Notes: a model not told the origin generated them from the sequence alone. Positions 40,601-53,337 are shown, numbered from the stretch's first letter. The stretch is DNA of 59,185 bases from Perkinsus olseni (GCA_013115125.1 JABANN010000158.1:1-59185); one strand, 5' to 3'. A program made the numbers and translations.

Positions 40601-43600
40601 TACGGCACGTCATTGTCCAGAGATGTCTGCACATAGGTGTAGGTACTGGCTGACAAAGACGAGCTCAGCGTCGTCCAGGTACCACCAACGTCCTTCTTCC
40701 GCTCCAGCTTGTAGCTCACTATCGCATCATTGCCGTCATCGTACGGCGGCTCCCAAACAAGCGTGGCGGCACTGGTGCTGAACGGACTGGCTCTGTAGAA
40801 GACGCTGACCGGGTCTGGCGGTTTATAGACCGTGACCACCCCACTAGGATTGAGAGTGTCCAGTTCCAAGCCGGAGTGGAAGAGATTATTCCTGGGTATC
40901 ACGTGCTTCGACACACCGCGAGCCGGGCAGCTCCACAAGAGGCAAAACCTGGCAATCCCATCGCCATCCCAATACGTAATCTGGATCGGAGTCATCCTCC
41001 CCGGTATCATGGCTATCTGGGAGACCTCGTACTCACCCGCACTGTCTGCCTGTAGAACGAGACGGTCTCCCAGCCAGATGTAGGCTGCTTCGTCGACCTC
41101 AGCGTGCAGCGTATAATTACACGCGTAGTCCGCTCGCAGGTAGCCATCCCACTGCATGCTCACATTATCAGCTCTCTGTGAGGGGCCCACCGTGCCTTGG
41201 CCCCAGTCAAGACACATCAACGGCTCCACGAACTCCCCCGTAGGATGCCCGGCCCAACCTCGAGTCGGCCAGTACTTAGCGTTCAAGCCTCCCTGCTTGG
41301 CCACGTGACACCGGACTTGCCAGCTGCCACTCTCCGGGTACTTGGACTCCAATTGCCAAACGTTGTCTCCAGCATGATGGACGAACAGCTGCTCTCGCCT
41401 CGGGATCAGCCCGTGGACGTCCACTCTCGACGTCACGTTCAAGCTCAGCCTCTGCGGCCCTTCAGCAAAGCAAGCGACATGGATGGTCGGGTCACCGGTA
41501 ACGATGTTGGTGTACTCGTCCCGGGCCGTCAAAGTGATATTATACGACACATTCGCTTGCACTTCAGTCAAGCTGTTGGATGACGTACCGTGCAAAAATA
41601 AGTTCTTGTTGAAGTCATAGCTGAGCTTCGATCCTGGCTCGATCGGGGCAGCCCTCACTGTGATGCTCAAGGGGATATTAGTCCCTCTCACTCGCACTGT
41701 CAGCCCCGTCCACACCTGTGCCGTGGTCTGGACGTAGCAGTACTGCCACTTGCCCAGCCCCCAGTACTTGGTCATGGAACCCAGATTGGTCGTCGGTGGG
41801 TCGTCCTCGATATCCTGAGCACCCTCCGCTAGGATACCGTACACATTATTAAGGACGTTGTCTCGCATGGTGACGTTGAAGCATGCTTGTCGTCCAGCAA
41901 AAGATTCGTTCTGAGCTGAACCCTCAATGAGCGTGTTGGAGCCCACCACGCTGTTAGGAGACACGACCACAGTGAACGGCGAGTCGACTACATCTTGCCA
42001 GCTCCGTCTGTCGACCCAAACCTGTACTCGCAAGTTCCATCGACCAGCTTTCCTCGGATAAATCGCAACCATGTACCGCCCTCCAGCCGTGTACGAGAAG
42101 TTGCCGTACACGAAATTCTCACTGGTTCCTGTCTCCTCCAGAAAAGCTCGGAGGCGGCAGGTGTCCAGTCCACCACCAACAGTAGCATTCCAGCAGTCCC
42201 CCTGCACTGGGTTGTCTGCGGCGGACCTAGTGTTACCGAACTTGTCAACAGTCTGCACAGTGAAAGTGTTGACCGTCCCCGCGCTCATTTGTGACAGAGC
42301 GACGCCACTGGCAGTACTGTTGGACCATGTCAGACCGGTGGAGACATCAACCGTACGTCGGTCCGAGGCCAGGGCGTTGAGGGGCGCCAGAAGGTACTTG
42401 CCAGGTATGGGATGCTTCGGAAAGTCCACCCCGGACCACGACAGCGTAACGAACGCGCTGCTCGTCGTATGACGATACAGCAGCTCCACCGGGACGGGCT
42501 CGTTCTGTGTGAGAAAAATATTTCCTGAAGCATAGATTGCTCGGCCGTCGATATCCCGCAGCTCCCACTTCTCTACTAGAGTCTCGTGGTTGACCGTGAG
42601 CCTCACAGCGTGGTCGGCATCAACATAGATCTTGTACGTGCCAGTCGCGTTAGGCAGTATCCACCCAGTCCACCGAGCGCTCCAGAAGTCCCGATGCATT
42701 TCCTCGAACGGCGCAACAGCATCCCAGGACAAGTCAACGACCTCCTGTCTCGTATAGGAGAACACCGGGGCGTTGCTGTGCCGACGGTCGCTGGTGAGAG
42801 CGACCAATGACTGCAGCCCGGGCGTGCGGAAATACTCGCCGACCAGTCCCCCAGGCTGCCCGACGTACACCACAGTGCTGTATGAGCCTACCACCTGTAA
42901 GCTCGTATTGAAGACGTAGTCTCCTGACTTCGTACTTTCATAGGTGCCATTGAAGCGAAGAGCAGCAGTCGTGTTGGCGAAGACGGGAGAGTACTCCGCG
43001 ATGAGATGCACATCAGTCTCGTTAATAGGGTTGTTCCAGTAGTCCCTCGGGTAGCACTTCCAGGACACCCACTCCCCAGCTACGTATGAACTCGGAATGT
43101 CACAGCGTGTCCCGTTCTGATTGACAGTCGCAGCGACGACGTCCACTCCCTCCACCGTCAAGTTTGCCGAATTCTTTATCGCATGACCATTCACAGTAAC
43201 CGTGAGCAGAACTCTACGACCAGCCGTGGGTGACCCCAGCATGACCGTATAGGTACCGTTATGATTCGAGCTGGAGTTGAGGCTTTGACCATTGAGCGTG
43301 GCTACCACATTCGCGGTTCCGTTGAGCAGATTATTAGTGTAGTTATCCCTCAGGACCAGCAGTGCTGGCTCGTACGTCCCAGCAACGTACGTCTCCTCCA
43401 CGTTGAACAGCTCGCAGTTCTTAGGATCTACGCTGCCAGGAAGCACGTCGATCTGGAACGACCCTTGGACAAGCTCAGCGCTCGTGTTGAGCGCTTGGTG
43501 TCGAGAAATGTCGATTTTATCGACCCGAACAGAAAGGAATCTGCCGCTACCGGCCTTCCGAGGGGTGAAGATGCAGTGGTATGCACCCGAGAGCTCGTGG

Positions 43601-46600
43601 AGACAAAGACCAGTGTCGTAGGGCTCGGGGCCGATGGAGACGGACACCTCCACCTGAACATGAATACGATGCAAAGCTAGAGGTGTCAGAAAATGGGTAC
43701 AGTGGACGAACAGGGCGATCTACTCAACTTCGACAAAATTCGAAAAAGTCGTAAACTCCGCAGATTTTTACGCGAAGAAAACACAACGGAACTGTTCCCT
43801 TTCCACTCACCCCTGCCCTGGGCTGTGTTATGATGTTCCCGTAGGCATCCCTGAGCTGCATCCTCACGCTGCTAGACACCCCCGCCCGGACCGTACTCGG
43901 CGGGTCCACTGACTGCAGCACACTAGCCGGGCCGAACGGGGATGCCGAGTTGGCTTCTCCCACGATGTCGAAAGGGGACCCGAGTATGTGTTCGCCGTTC
44001 AATCTGATGTAAAGCCTGTTGTTGCCAGCCCGCAACCCGGTGAAGGTGAGATCATAGATGCCCGATATCTCGGTTGGCTGGGCTGGTAGCGTGAGCTCAA
44101 AGTAGCGACCAAAATCAGCTGTGAGTTGTGCTGAGTCGTCAAGCAGGGTGAGGGAGCTCGTGAGGGAGTAATTTCTCCACTCGAGGTTCAAACTCAAATT
44201 GAAGGACCCTTCCTGAGATCGCTCCACGACGTTGCCGTAGACGTCCTTCACCGTCACCCGCAGAACCTTGGGTACCCCAGCCATGAAGTCAATCGCACCG
44301 GCCAGGCCATCTGTGACGACCGTTGCGGACGCTGCTGGTGGCCCCGGCGATACGTCGAGGGAAGCTCCCGAGTTAGAAATCTCCACGTTACTCGACTTGA
44401 TAGTGACTGTGTAAGTGCCGGCTTTGGTGAGCAAGTAGTGGACAGCATACAGCCCGATGGACTCATTGAGTGGGGTTGAAACCACCGAAACGGTACTCCC
44501 ACTGGTAGCAAACTGTACGACGAAGACAGCACCATTAGAATCGGTCATGTTGTTTCCCTCAGTGTCTTTAGCTTGGATATAAAAGACGCTAGGCAGCCCC
44601 GCAGAGCTTTGAGTGAGCTGGTGACCATAGGCAAGGCAGTTCTGGGGGAGAAGATTGCCGACCGTGACGTCGATGAACAGAGGCATTCCGCTGATGGCCG
44701 GCGCTCGATACATCCTAGAGGCCGGGATGGGCTCCTTGACTTGAGAGAAGGAGCTCCAGTAGAGCTTGAGATGGGCTTGGCCGGTGAGCTCGCGGTACTC
44801 CAGTTTAATGTAATGGTAGACTCCGGCGGAGAGGACAGCCCTGCCCCAGAAGCCTCCACAGCAGATGTCCCACTTGTCGAAGAGAAGCACATCATCGATC
44901 CATAACCTGACAAACAGTGATGCTGTTCTGGCAACGGCGTACCGATACGACAGGACCACAAGCCGAACGTGGCGGCCTCCGCAGCTAGCCCTCTTTCAGA
45001 GACGTGAAGGTCTTTCGATTCGTACACACTAGGACGCTGTTCTCGCCCCTTACTATCAGCCGGTAAGCGCAACTTCGATAACCCGATGAGCGACGCGCGA
45101 GCCGCTTGTTTTAAGAGTATTTCTCGGCTGCATCTCACCTTGCGTGGTCATCCGCATCGACATAAAAGGTGTACTCTTCAGAGAACTCCGCTCGGATGAA
45201 GCCCGTCCATCGAGCCGTGACAAAATCGGCTGCATTACCGGTGATATCGCCCCTCTCCCAATCTAGTATCTAAGGTCGACCCTGGCATTCGGCGAGTGAC
45301 CTCGCCCTACCATGTCCGGTTGCTGCTTCGTCTCATGCGGCAGACCATAGAACCACTGATTGTCCCAATACTGTGCTTGAAGCCCACCTTGCTCTAGAGT
45401 CCTGATGACCATAGTGTACCTGAAACAACGCTGAGATCAATAGGAGACGGGCCCCGCGGCAGGCGTAGTACTGTCCAGCGACTGTCGGCCTGTAGTAAAC
45501 GCTGTATTGACCGTTACCACTGTCGGCACTCGACGCGGTGATTGGGGCCGTACCAACAGGAATGGGATTGGACGCCGTGGTGTAATGGGTATCGCCAGGG
45601 ACCAACGGCACCTGATGAGCGACAGGTCGCCGGTTCGACCCCAGCACCCCACATCAACCTACCTCGATAGTACTGGTAATCTCATCCAGCTTGCTTGGAT
45701 TCAACAACCTCAGCACAAAAATTCGGCTCCCGTACTGCGTGCCCGAGAAGCCGCTGAGCTCGTTGACACCGGACAGCGGATCGACCGCTTGTACGATCAC
45801 CTGCACAGCGAGTCGCTAGATCACCTTCCCTCATGCCTCGAACCCATCCGAGGCTCACAAAAACAACGTCAGTAGCAACACCGCCGACTAGTACATTTCG
45901 AAGCGGCACGAGTACAACGACGCTCTCCTCGAGCGACCCAGCGGGGGAGCTTACCTGATGACTGATTCCAGCCTGCACTGCACTTGCATAGGAGGCGACG
46001 ACACTTCCGGGCACGGCGAACATGTTCTTCAGCATGACCGTGACCTCAGAAGGAGTATTGCTAGTGCCAACTCTATTGGTGGCGTACACTCTGAAGCGAT
46101 GCGATATTGGGCTAGATAGACCACAGAATACTTGAGAGTAAAGGTTCGGGTTCGGCACGCAGGGCTGTACGGTGACGAAGTTGCCATCAGCGTTCATGTC
46201 CCTGGTCACCGAATAGCATGTAATTGGCGACCCTTGAGGGTCCGGTGCCGACCAGGACAGCTTCACGCAGTCATAATCGTACTTGGTGAACACCGTATTC
46301 TGAACCGTCCAAACCGGCGAGCCAGCGGCCGCGTAGGTCACAATATCAGACGCATCACCGGTGACACTGCCGCTAGAGGCAGTGCCCTGGCAGTAGTAAC
46401 GGCAGTTAGCATCAGCAGCGAGACCGGAGGAGGTAACAGTATCTCCACACGTCGCGTCTAGAATCATCGTAAAAGTGCCTCCTCCGGCGCAGTCGTCTCG
46501 ATATATTCGGCAAGCCGTTGGTGAGCCCGTCGGGATTGGGTCGACTCGGACCTGAAGCCGCTTCAAGTCAGAAATCGAGCCAGTTGTCGCGTCGTCCAGT

Positions 46601-46850
46601 TAACGACAATAGCTAGCCAAAACTGCGGTTGCTCGCACGAGAGCCTGGAAGCCCGCTGGGGCAGCGAAAGGAGCACCATCAGGGATGCATGCCGAGGTCG
46701 AGCATCGGACTTCGAATCGCCTACCTCTATGTTGCCACTAGTTGAGCTGACAAGTACTGGCGGGCTGCACTTCCCAATGCTCTGAGCCTCTACGGCTGTT
46801 AGCGCGTTAGCAATGATGAATAGCCCAACTCGCTTGGCCACCGACTCCAT
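16617..46850 (-). CDS. Giant multi-exon secreted protein: signal peptide, FN3 repeats, filamin-type Ig repeats with 3 PA14 domains, long FN3 arrays and ~15 novel ~125-aa repeats
   Basis: Start MESVAKRVGLFIIANALTAVEA. Co-oriented ORFs (45682-46566, 43724-44959, 38323-43674, 33729-36851, 27794-32851, 24192-27095, 21987-23942, 20673-21317 and others) encode FN3 motifs (W..P.DDGG.PI..Y; L.PG..Y.F.V.A.N..G) or filamin, PA14 and novel repeats. Several junctions were examined and continue the protein across GT-AG introns (e.g. ~37577/37203, ~33048/32854, ~27822/27770). Not every junction was checked. Confidence 0.7.
27887..33613 (-). repeat. ~15 tandem ~120-130-aa protein repeats of unrecognised family, consensus SNxF..xP.....V.F.....G..W..VV....C...C.L....Y..YVYVED..G..DG.LS.P
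   Basis: Thirteen full units and the end of a fourteenth are readable in ORF 27794-32851; the rest lie in exons at ~33050-33613. Confidence 0.85.
40830..45650 (-). other. Filamin/ABP280-like repeat region with three PA14 domains (~45395-44700, ~42855-42390, ~41295-40880)
   Basis: Filamin-like motifs AG....F.I...D.YGN...G.Y.V.Y....AG.Y.....GSPF. PA14 motifs GGL.G/A.Y(W/F), (F)SARW.G.I....TG.Y.F.V.AD..RL.(I/V)....L, and L.WS......IP...L. Confidence 0.8.
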
Positions 46851-47822
46851 GATTCTTCGGTTGGGTGAGTGCGAATATCGAGAGATGTGGTAACAAATGG
46901 ATGGACGGTAAGGGAGGATGGAACTGCTTCAATTAGCAATAAATGATGATGACGCATGAACCGACGTAGGTCAGGTTTTCAGTTCGGAATGTCAGCCTGC
47001 CACTACCTGTTCGCAGACGCCCATTGCGAGCAGCTTCTGCATCCGTGTAGCGAGGCTGTAATAAGTGCGTACGTGATGACGAATCAATCGACGTAGAATC
47101 CACCCCAAAGCTCGTACGAAGCTGCCGAGTGCTCGTTCGGGGTTGCTAGTCGGCGAGTGCTGCAGCGTACGGCTACCGAGAACATTCGACGTCCCATCAC
47201 TCTTGCTTGGGGAGGGTTGTGTTGCTACAACCTCCCGTCATCGACACAAAAAAATTTTTGAACTACTGACGAGCTGTCGAACGTTGGGACTGGTGGTAGT
47301 GCTGTAGATTCCATTTCTTAAGACTGTTCGGCTCCATAGATACATAGTTCGCATCTTGCTCTTCGCAATGCAACATCACAGCGGACAGGATGGGTAACAT
47401 ACAACGCGTACGTTGCCAATCCTGTCCGTCGACGCTCGAAGTCGATTGTTCGGTCCACACGCAGGTTCGTTAGAAAGCCAGACGTATATCTACAAGAGCC
47501 TCGTTAGCCCTACTGACGGTTACTATCATGCGCACTACGATATTTCGGGCGCGCGCTAAACCGAAAGCGCGTTCTTGTGTCGTAATCTCCATTGGATCGG
47601 GCCGGTCCGATCGGCTAACATTATACTGTTTGCAGTATTATTAATAACAAATCGAATCAAGTGAATTGAACCCTGAATTCCCAGGGTCCTGCGCATTCCC
47701 CCGTGTGTCGATGACGTTCGCTGCGTGAGGCAGTATCGGCCGACGCCCTGCACTCACAAACGAACGTCCGATGTCGGAGCTAGTTACCATGCAGTTGCTA
47801 CCCTCATATCATCTCCGCGGTG

Positions 47823-48553
47823 ATGCTCTCTCTTCACCTCGCCGTCATCGTCGGAAGCCTCACTAGCCCACTTACAGGGCTATTGGCTAAAACCCCCAAG
47901 TTCAAAGTCGGTTGCTCACGAACTTCTTCCTGTTCTCCGTTGATCCAGTCAGCGATGGCTTCCATCACCACTCTTACCGTTAGCCTAGCAGTCAACATCG
48001 CTGTGTGCATCTCTGACTCCTCAGGCTCTCAACATAAATGCTTTTGGCCCTAACTACTTGGCCTGGTGTGAAGTTAAGAAGTCCAGGAGTGGCCGGGTCG
48101 TTATCGGTGTGGGAGTTGACAGGACTGTTACCGTGTCGGCATTCTGCCCTTACAAAGACGATCTTCGCACCTTCCAAGAGTAAGTCTCTACCGTCGGTGT
48201 GACGCTCGCGATTGGCTTTTTATTTTTTCCATTGTAGTGGTGAGACTGGGCAAGGCAGTCTTAATGGCGCGCTGGGAAAAGCCCTTGCTCCTGCGGAAGG
48301 GTGGGACGCTCTCATCGGCGACACCTGGGTCACAATACCGGTGTGCAAGAAGGTTGTCAAGGCGATCTCTAACAAGCTGTGTAGCGGCGGCGACACTGAA
48401 CTCGAGTCGAACCGCGCTGGTCTCGCCTGTGCTGGCCGCGGGAAGAAGGAGGATCATTTCGTTGACGGCATCTGCGACATCGCCTATGCCATATCCTGGA
48501 ACCAAGATAGACCCTCCAGCCGCCCGCGGAGAGAGCGAGAGATCACCGTGTGA
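47823..48553 (+). CDS. Small putative secreted Cys-containing protein, family A copy 1; exons 47823-47906, 48025-48179, 48238-48553
   Basis: Hydrophobic N-terminus MLSLHLAVIVGSLTSPLTG and in-frame GT-AG splicing. Colinear with 52439-53154 (Y.AWCEV.K, SAFCP, SL.GALGKAL.P..GW, RAG..CAG). Confidence 0.7.
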
Positions 48554-48924
48554 ACATTCCACGATGAACTTTCGTGCCTGCAAACGAAGGCAATTTAAGG
48601 TCGCCGTGAGAATAATCTGATTGTGTTGTGACCGATGTTTTGCTTCATGTTGCGCGTTGTTCCGTTCATGCTCTGCTGGCTCAGCGTTGACCTCGGGTGA
48701 AACTTTCACCGTGAAAGGCGGTAACGAATCAGGCTTCATGGTAGCGTAACGATGCCACCTTCCCTCCTTGGGAATTGATAACTCCAATTGTCTCAGTAAC
48801 CACTCACCGAGTGCATGTATTTTGCGCAAATTCCATTGCTTTCATCGGTTTGATGCCCAGACCTACTTTTCCCCCACCCTCTTTTATTCTCGCGGTCCAC
48901 TTCAGTCCCGGACGAATTATCGAT

Positions 48925-49450
48925 TTTTACTCCTGGGCACACCTCCTCGTGATTGCTCAGGCCTCTTCCTCCGTGGTGGGAAATCTGAGGGTGCGCGACG
49001 ACCTCCACCACCTAAGCTGCCCCTCTGCTTGAGCCTCGAAAGCCTTGAGGTCAAGATTATAAAACGTCTTGATGTCGACGCTCACTGCGGAGTGTTTATA
49101 ACGCTGTGTTTTGCGCGAACTTTCAACGAACAATCTTTTCACTTGTCCTCGTCCGCTGATGGCTTGTCGTTCTCGAAACAACGTCATTGGTGTGCAACGA
49201 AATACCCTTTCAACTTCGTTGCCGAAAGACTATGATCAAGTGTCAGCAACATGACGAAAACGGCTAGGTTCTGTAGGTGAGAGGGAACTTAGACTTCCGG
49301 AGATTGTGCGTGGAAGACAAGCTTGATGCTCACCCAGGGGTGAGAGTAAAAGGACAGACACTGTCCTGGGTTTCATTCCACAAGAAGCACCTTACCCTAA
49401 GGTGACCTTATGAAGGCTACCTTCCCACGGCTAATAAGCAAAATATAACC
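48925..49450 (+). pseudogene. Family B copy 1, degenerate
   Basis: Homologous to 53590-54100 (VVGNLR|VKII...DAHCGVF, LVCN, K.A.F.R|gt). ATT stands where the paralogue has ATG, a frameshift lies near 49170, and homology is lost after ~49450. Confidence 0.65.
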
Positions 49451-49522
49451 GTGAAGACACGCAGCTTCGAAAGTTACTTTCGATACACTGTAGTAACTGT
49501 AGTGTAGTTTCATTATACAGGA

Positions 49523-49577
49523 TGGCGCAACATAAAGCAGATGATTTAATTTAAATCATGTGCTTTATGTTGCACCA
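49523..49577. repeat. Near-perfect 55-bp palindrome (27-bp arms, 2 mismatches), possible Tc1/mariner-type MITE remnant
   Basis: TGGCGCAACATAAAGCAGATGATTTAA-T-TTAAATCATGTGCTTTATGTTGCACCA, preceded by TA|CAGGA. Confidence 0.7.
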
Positions 49578-50639
49578 CTTATGTTGCACACAGCTTTAAA
49601 GGCTGTTGAGCAACTGCGGCTGAGACTTTGCCTCGGGGCGGAAACATAGACTCAGACTGCCTCGTGATCTTCGACGGGCTTCACGAGACAGGCAGAGTCA
49701 CCCAGTAACAAGGAAAGAGAAAAAAACCTTAAGTCCGGCCTTGAGAAAGGCCAGATGTCGGATGTCCTTGAGGGCCACACCTCCACTCAAGGATCACCAA
49801 AAACTGTGGCTGGAATCCAGTGCGCTGCAGCTCCACGCTGCAGCTCGCCGGTGACACACAACATTCGTCCCTCGGAGGGACTCCCTCCTGCGCGGGCGGT
49901 TGTCCCTTGTCGTGCGTTGGGATTCCACATCAGATAACGACATGTCTTTATCTTGCAGTGAATGAGCCAACTTCTCCAAATCCCGAGAAATGCCCGAGAA
50001 GGGCCTCGGAGCGAGATTTGAACTTGCCCAGGGAATATCCGTGCGGGGTATGCATTGCATACTATGCAATGAGTGGACCGAAATTAGCTGAAATCCCTTC
50101 TTACGGACTCCGAATCACGAGTCCGGGTAAGGAGCCTCCGTGAAGAAGGCATGCCAAAAGGCCCTTTGAGGAGAAGCCTCACGTAAGGAGTGCTTCCTCA
50201 CTCCTTGTGTAAGGAGCCTCATCGTAAGGAACGTTATGGCAAGGAGCCTTATAGCTCCCTACCCTTCCGACGTAAATCGTAAAGACATAAGAGCGACTTA
50301 CGAAGAAACCGTAGGGTTCCTCACGGTTTTCGTGATGTATCGCACCGCCTGACGCCAGAGTGCGATCCTGTGGAAAAAAGAGAATGGTTAATGCGAGGGG
50401 CGATGCTCAAGTCGTTTCCGTCGATGTTGCCGAGCGGCCTACTTTCAAACCTTCATAGACAGTTTGGCCTGAAGCACTTGGACTGAAGGGCGCGAAATCG
50501 AATCTCGCAGCTGTTACACAAGTTCTATATCGACGTCTGAGCCAATCCAGACGTAGTGAAACCTCTGATCTGTGAGTTTGGGAGGGGGCAGTAGCCGCTG
50601 GCCGCAGGACGAAGCCCGAAACATGAACCCGCGACCTGT

Positions 50640-51160
50640 GGCCGGCGGCGACGTGTGAGCCAAACCAGATGTAGTGATAATCGCTACCCGGGTCTGAACG
50701 GGGATGTCATGGACATATTGTGACGCCCTAGCCATTAGACGATAGCGACACAAAATACCGGATACGGCTGTAGCTTTCCTCTCTTCATATACAATTGGAT
50801 ACCTCTCCTGCAGTATCGCTAAAAAGTTTGTTGCACGGGGTCCCCTCACTGCTGAGGAAAGATGAGTTCCTTTGAAGACCTTTCATTGCTTGAAAATTCT
50901 GCTTGGAGCTCGGAAACTTTTCATGAAGAATGCCTTATCCCTTTAGGAGGGCGGCCGAAACGAGACGCTCCTGAACAACGAGACCATTCCAAGGCGGGAA
51001 AAAGCGGTTTAGCTTGTTTGCAGTGCTTTTTATATATCGAGTCAACAACCGTAACGCACCCGAGCCGTGAGCGTTTTCGGATCCGCGGTTGTTTCTGTGA
51101 CTCCGCCTCAGAGCTTCTCTATCTGACGAACTACACACACGGAGCCCGCGCAGTATAGAG
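50640..51160 (+). mobile_element. Possible heavily degraded LTR-retrotransposon (Ty3/gypsy-like) integrase fragment
   Basis: Weak motif echoes in the expected order: RYPGLNGDV (cf. YWPGMxxDV), LIPLGGRPKR (cf. FGxPxxIxSD) and TTVTHPSRERF (cf. TTxYHPxxNGxxER). Multiple stops and frameshifts. Confidence 0.3.
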
Positions 51161-52438
51161 TAGTGCAAATATGGTGACGAAGCATGCGCTCGCTTCCGGC
51201 GCTAGTGTTGAGGTTTACAATGTAAACTTTACATATGCTCATAGTGCGCCGGAGGATGCGGTTGATGATGATTCTAATGATGTCGGCATTGTTGATCGTA
51301 GTTTGACTCCCTGCTGGTTGAGCGTGTATGGGAGGCATGTTTGCCACACTAACGCCATGTTTGCCAGCGCCCAAATTGCTAGCAATGAGCAAAGGTGGCA
51401 TTTTGGGAGAACATGCACTGCTGTCGCCAGCTTGTCGCCCAGAAGTCAACACTAGAGTCAAACCCGTAGCTTGTTATTGTTATTCAACTTGTAATAGCGA
51501 CGGTTCCACAGTGGATCTTACCGTCGCACTCGAAGATGAGCCCAGATTCAAGATGCGTTCGAGATTCAACTGCTCGATGCGCTTCATGATGAACACGGAA
51601 TGATCATTAGGTGTCTCATCTGCATCTACAACACAGATTGCGGTACACGCTATTGAACCCTGCAAGTGGCCAATGAGTGCAGGACAAAACCTGCGGCGGG
51701 TCACCTACCGTGCTGTACTAACGAAGATAACTCGATGCCGATTGTTGAATGCTGGGATGCGAGCGGTGCTTCACTGAAGCAGCTTCAGCGCAGCCTTACT
51801 GGGATATGTCACATAGTTCGCGTGTGCAACCGCAGATCTACGTTCGCGCACGCGTCCAAGATACTCGTTCGGTTTCCAGTGTGAACTCGGCAATGCCGAA
51901 TCGGCTCAGAGCCTCCCGTGAGATGTATGCGATATTCGTCGGCTCATTCCTCCTCACCTGGCACGAGCATCCTGTCTCATCGCGCGGCCTCCATTGTTAC
52001 CGCTAACAATCGTGGGACACTGTGCGCGCCGCGCCCACAACACCTTTACGCCGGGAGAGATTGTGACAGAAGAAATTTTTGTGACAGGCGCATTACTTTT
52101 TGTGGAGGCACGAGTAACAGTACTTCGCGGCGAGCGAAAATTTTTGCCCCTTATACTCTGCACTAACTCGCACAAAGTGTTTCCCGCCGGGAAATTCCCA
52201 AATTGTTCAGGCGCTCGGTTCAGGCCGAAACTCGGGCTTTCACTCATGTAAAGTCTAGGAGCCTCTACAGCGCCCTGCAAGACCAACTCGGGAGCCTAGT
52301 ATGCCTCCGCCCGCTCCGGACAGCGTCCTATGTACATATTTGATTCAACGGATACTCTACAGTCACAAGGGGAATCCCACGTCTGAGCGTGTATCAAGCA
52401 GCTTGCCTCTTCTGATCACAACAATCGCTGAGTCAGCA

Positions 52439-53154
52439 ATGTCCTCTCTTCGCTTCGCCATCACCGCCTGTCTTGTGGTCCCGCTGACCGGGCCACGGGT
52501 CCCAAAGGTCAAGGTCGGTCTCTCATTACAACCTTGCTGTTGCCTCCCGTTTCGATACAGGCCGACCTCCGTTAAGCTTCATACGCTACTGAATTTGCCC
52601 TCTTTTCCCCTTTCGGCATCACCGGCCGACGGCAGACTGTTTTGTAGTTCTGCCATTTTCTAACCTTACAGGTGCTCGGATCGGATGCGCTCGGAGATCG
52701 CTACTGGGCATGGTGTGAAGTGCAGAAGCTCGCGGAAGAGCGCGTCGTATTGGTCTTCGCAGATGGAGAACAAGGACTCGATCTCACAGCATCGGCATTT
52801 TGCCCCCATAGAAATGGCCATCGCAGATTCCACGAGTAAGTCTCAGCATGTACCGCTCCGGCGTTAATCGGGTTTTTTCTGCAATATTGTAGTAGCGTGG
52901 ATGGTGAGGATAGCCTCAAGGGCGCTCTCGGCAAAGCTTTGACTCCGGTGAGTGGATGGGGTGCTGGTATGGGCGAAATCTCTTCCCGGAAACTCAAGTG
53001 CAAGAAGGCCATCGAAGAAATCACTGAGAAGCTGCGTAAAGGCGACCCTGAGCTTAACCTCCGCGCTGGTCCCGTCTGTGCGGGCTGTGTCAAACCGGAA
53101 GAGTATTTCGTGGAGCGCGTCTGTGACACAGACGTGCCTATTCCCTATCCTTGA
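52439..53154 (+). CDS. Small putative secreted protein, family A copy 2; exons 52439-52513, 52672-52835, 52896-53154
   Basis: MSSLRFAITACLVVPLTG; same intron positions and phases as copy 1; open reading frame after splicing. Confidence 0.7.
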
Positions 53155-53284
53155 AGCAAGAAGATCCCTCAAGTACAACCCAACAGCCGGAAGTCCCCGA
53201 CGCGGAAACTATCGAGGTTGCGGAGGAAGAGGCTGAAAGGTCGACTCAAGAAGAGTGCAACGATTCCGTTTGTTGACGCGGTGC

Positions 53285-53337
53285 TTCATGTTACACGTTG
53301 TGCTGTTCATGTTACACGTTGTGCTGTTCATGTTACT
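53285..53337. repeat. 21-bp intergenic minisatellite (TTCATGTTACACGTTGTGCTG) x~2.5
   Basis: Directly visible. Confidence 0.9.

Noticed and set aside
16617-46850. Calling the giant gene titin, twitchin or DCC
   Set aside because: Only generic FN3 similarity. A signal peptide, PA14 and filamin repeats, and the absence of any kinase or TM segment argue against orthology.
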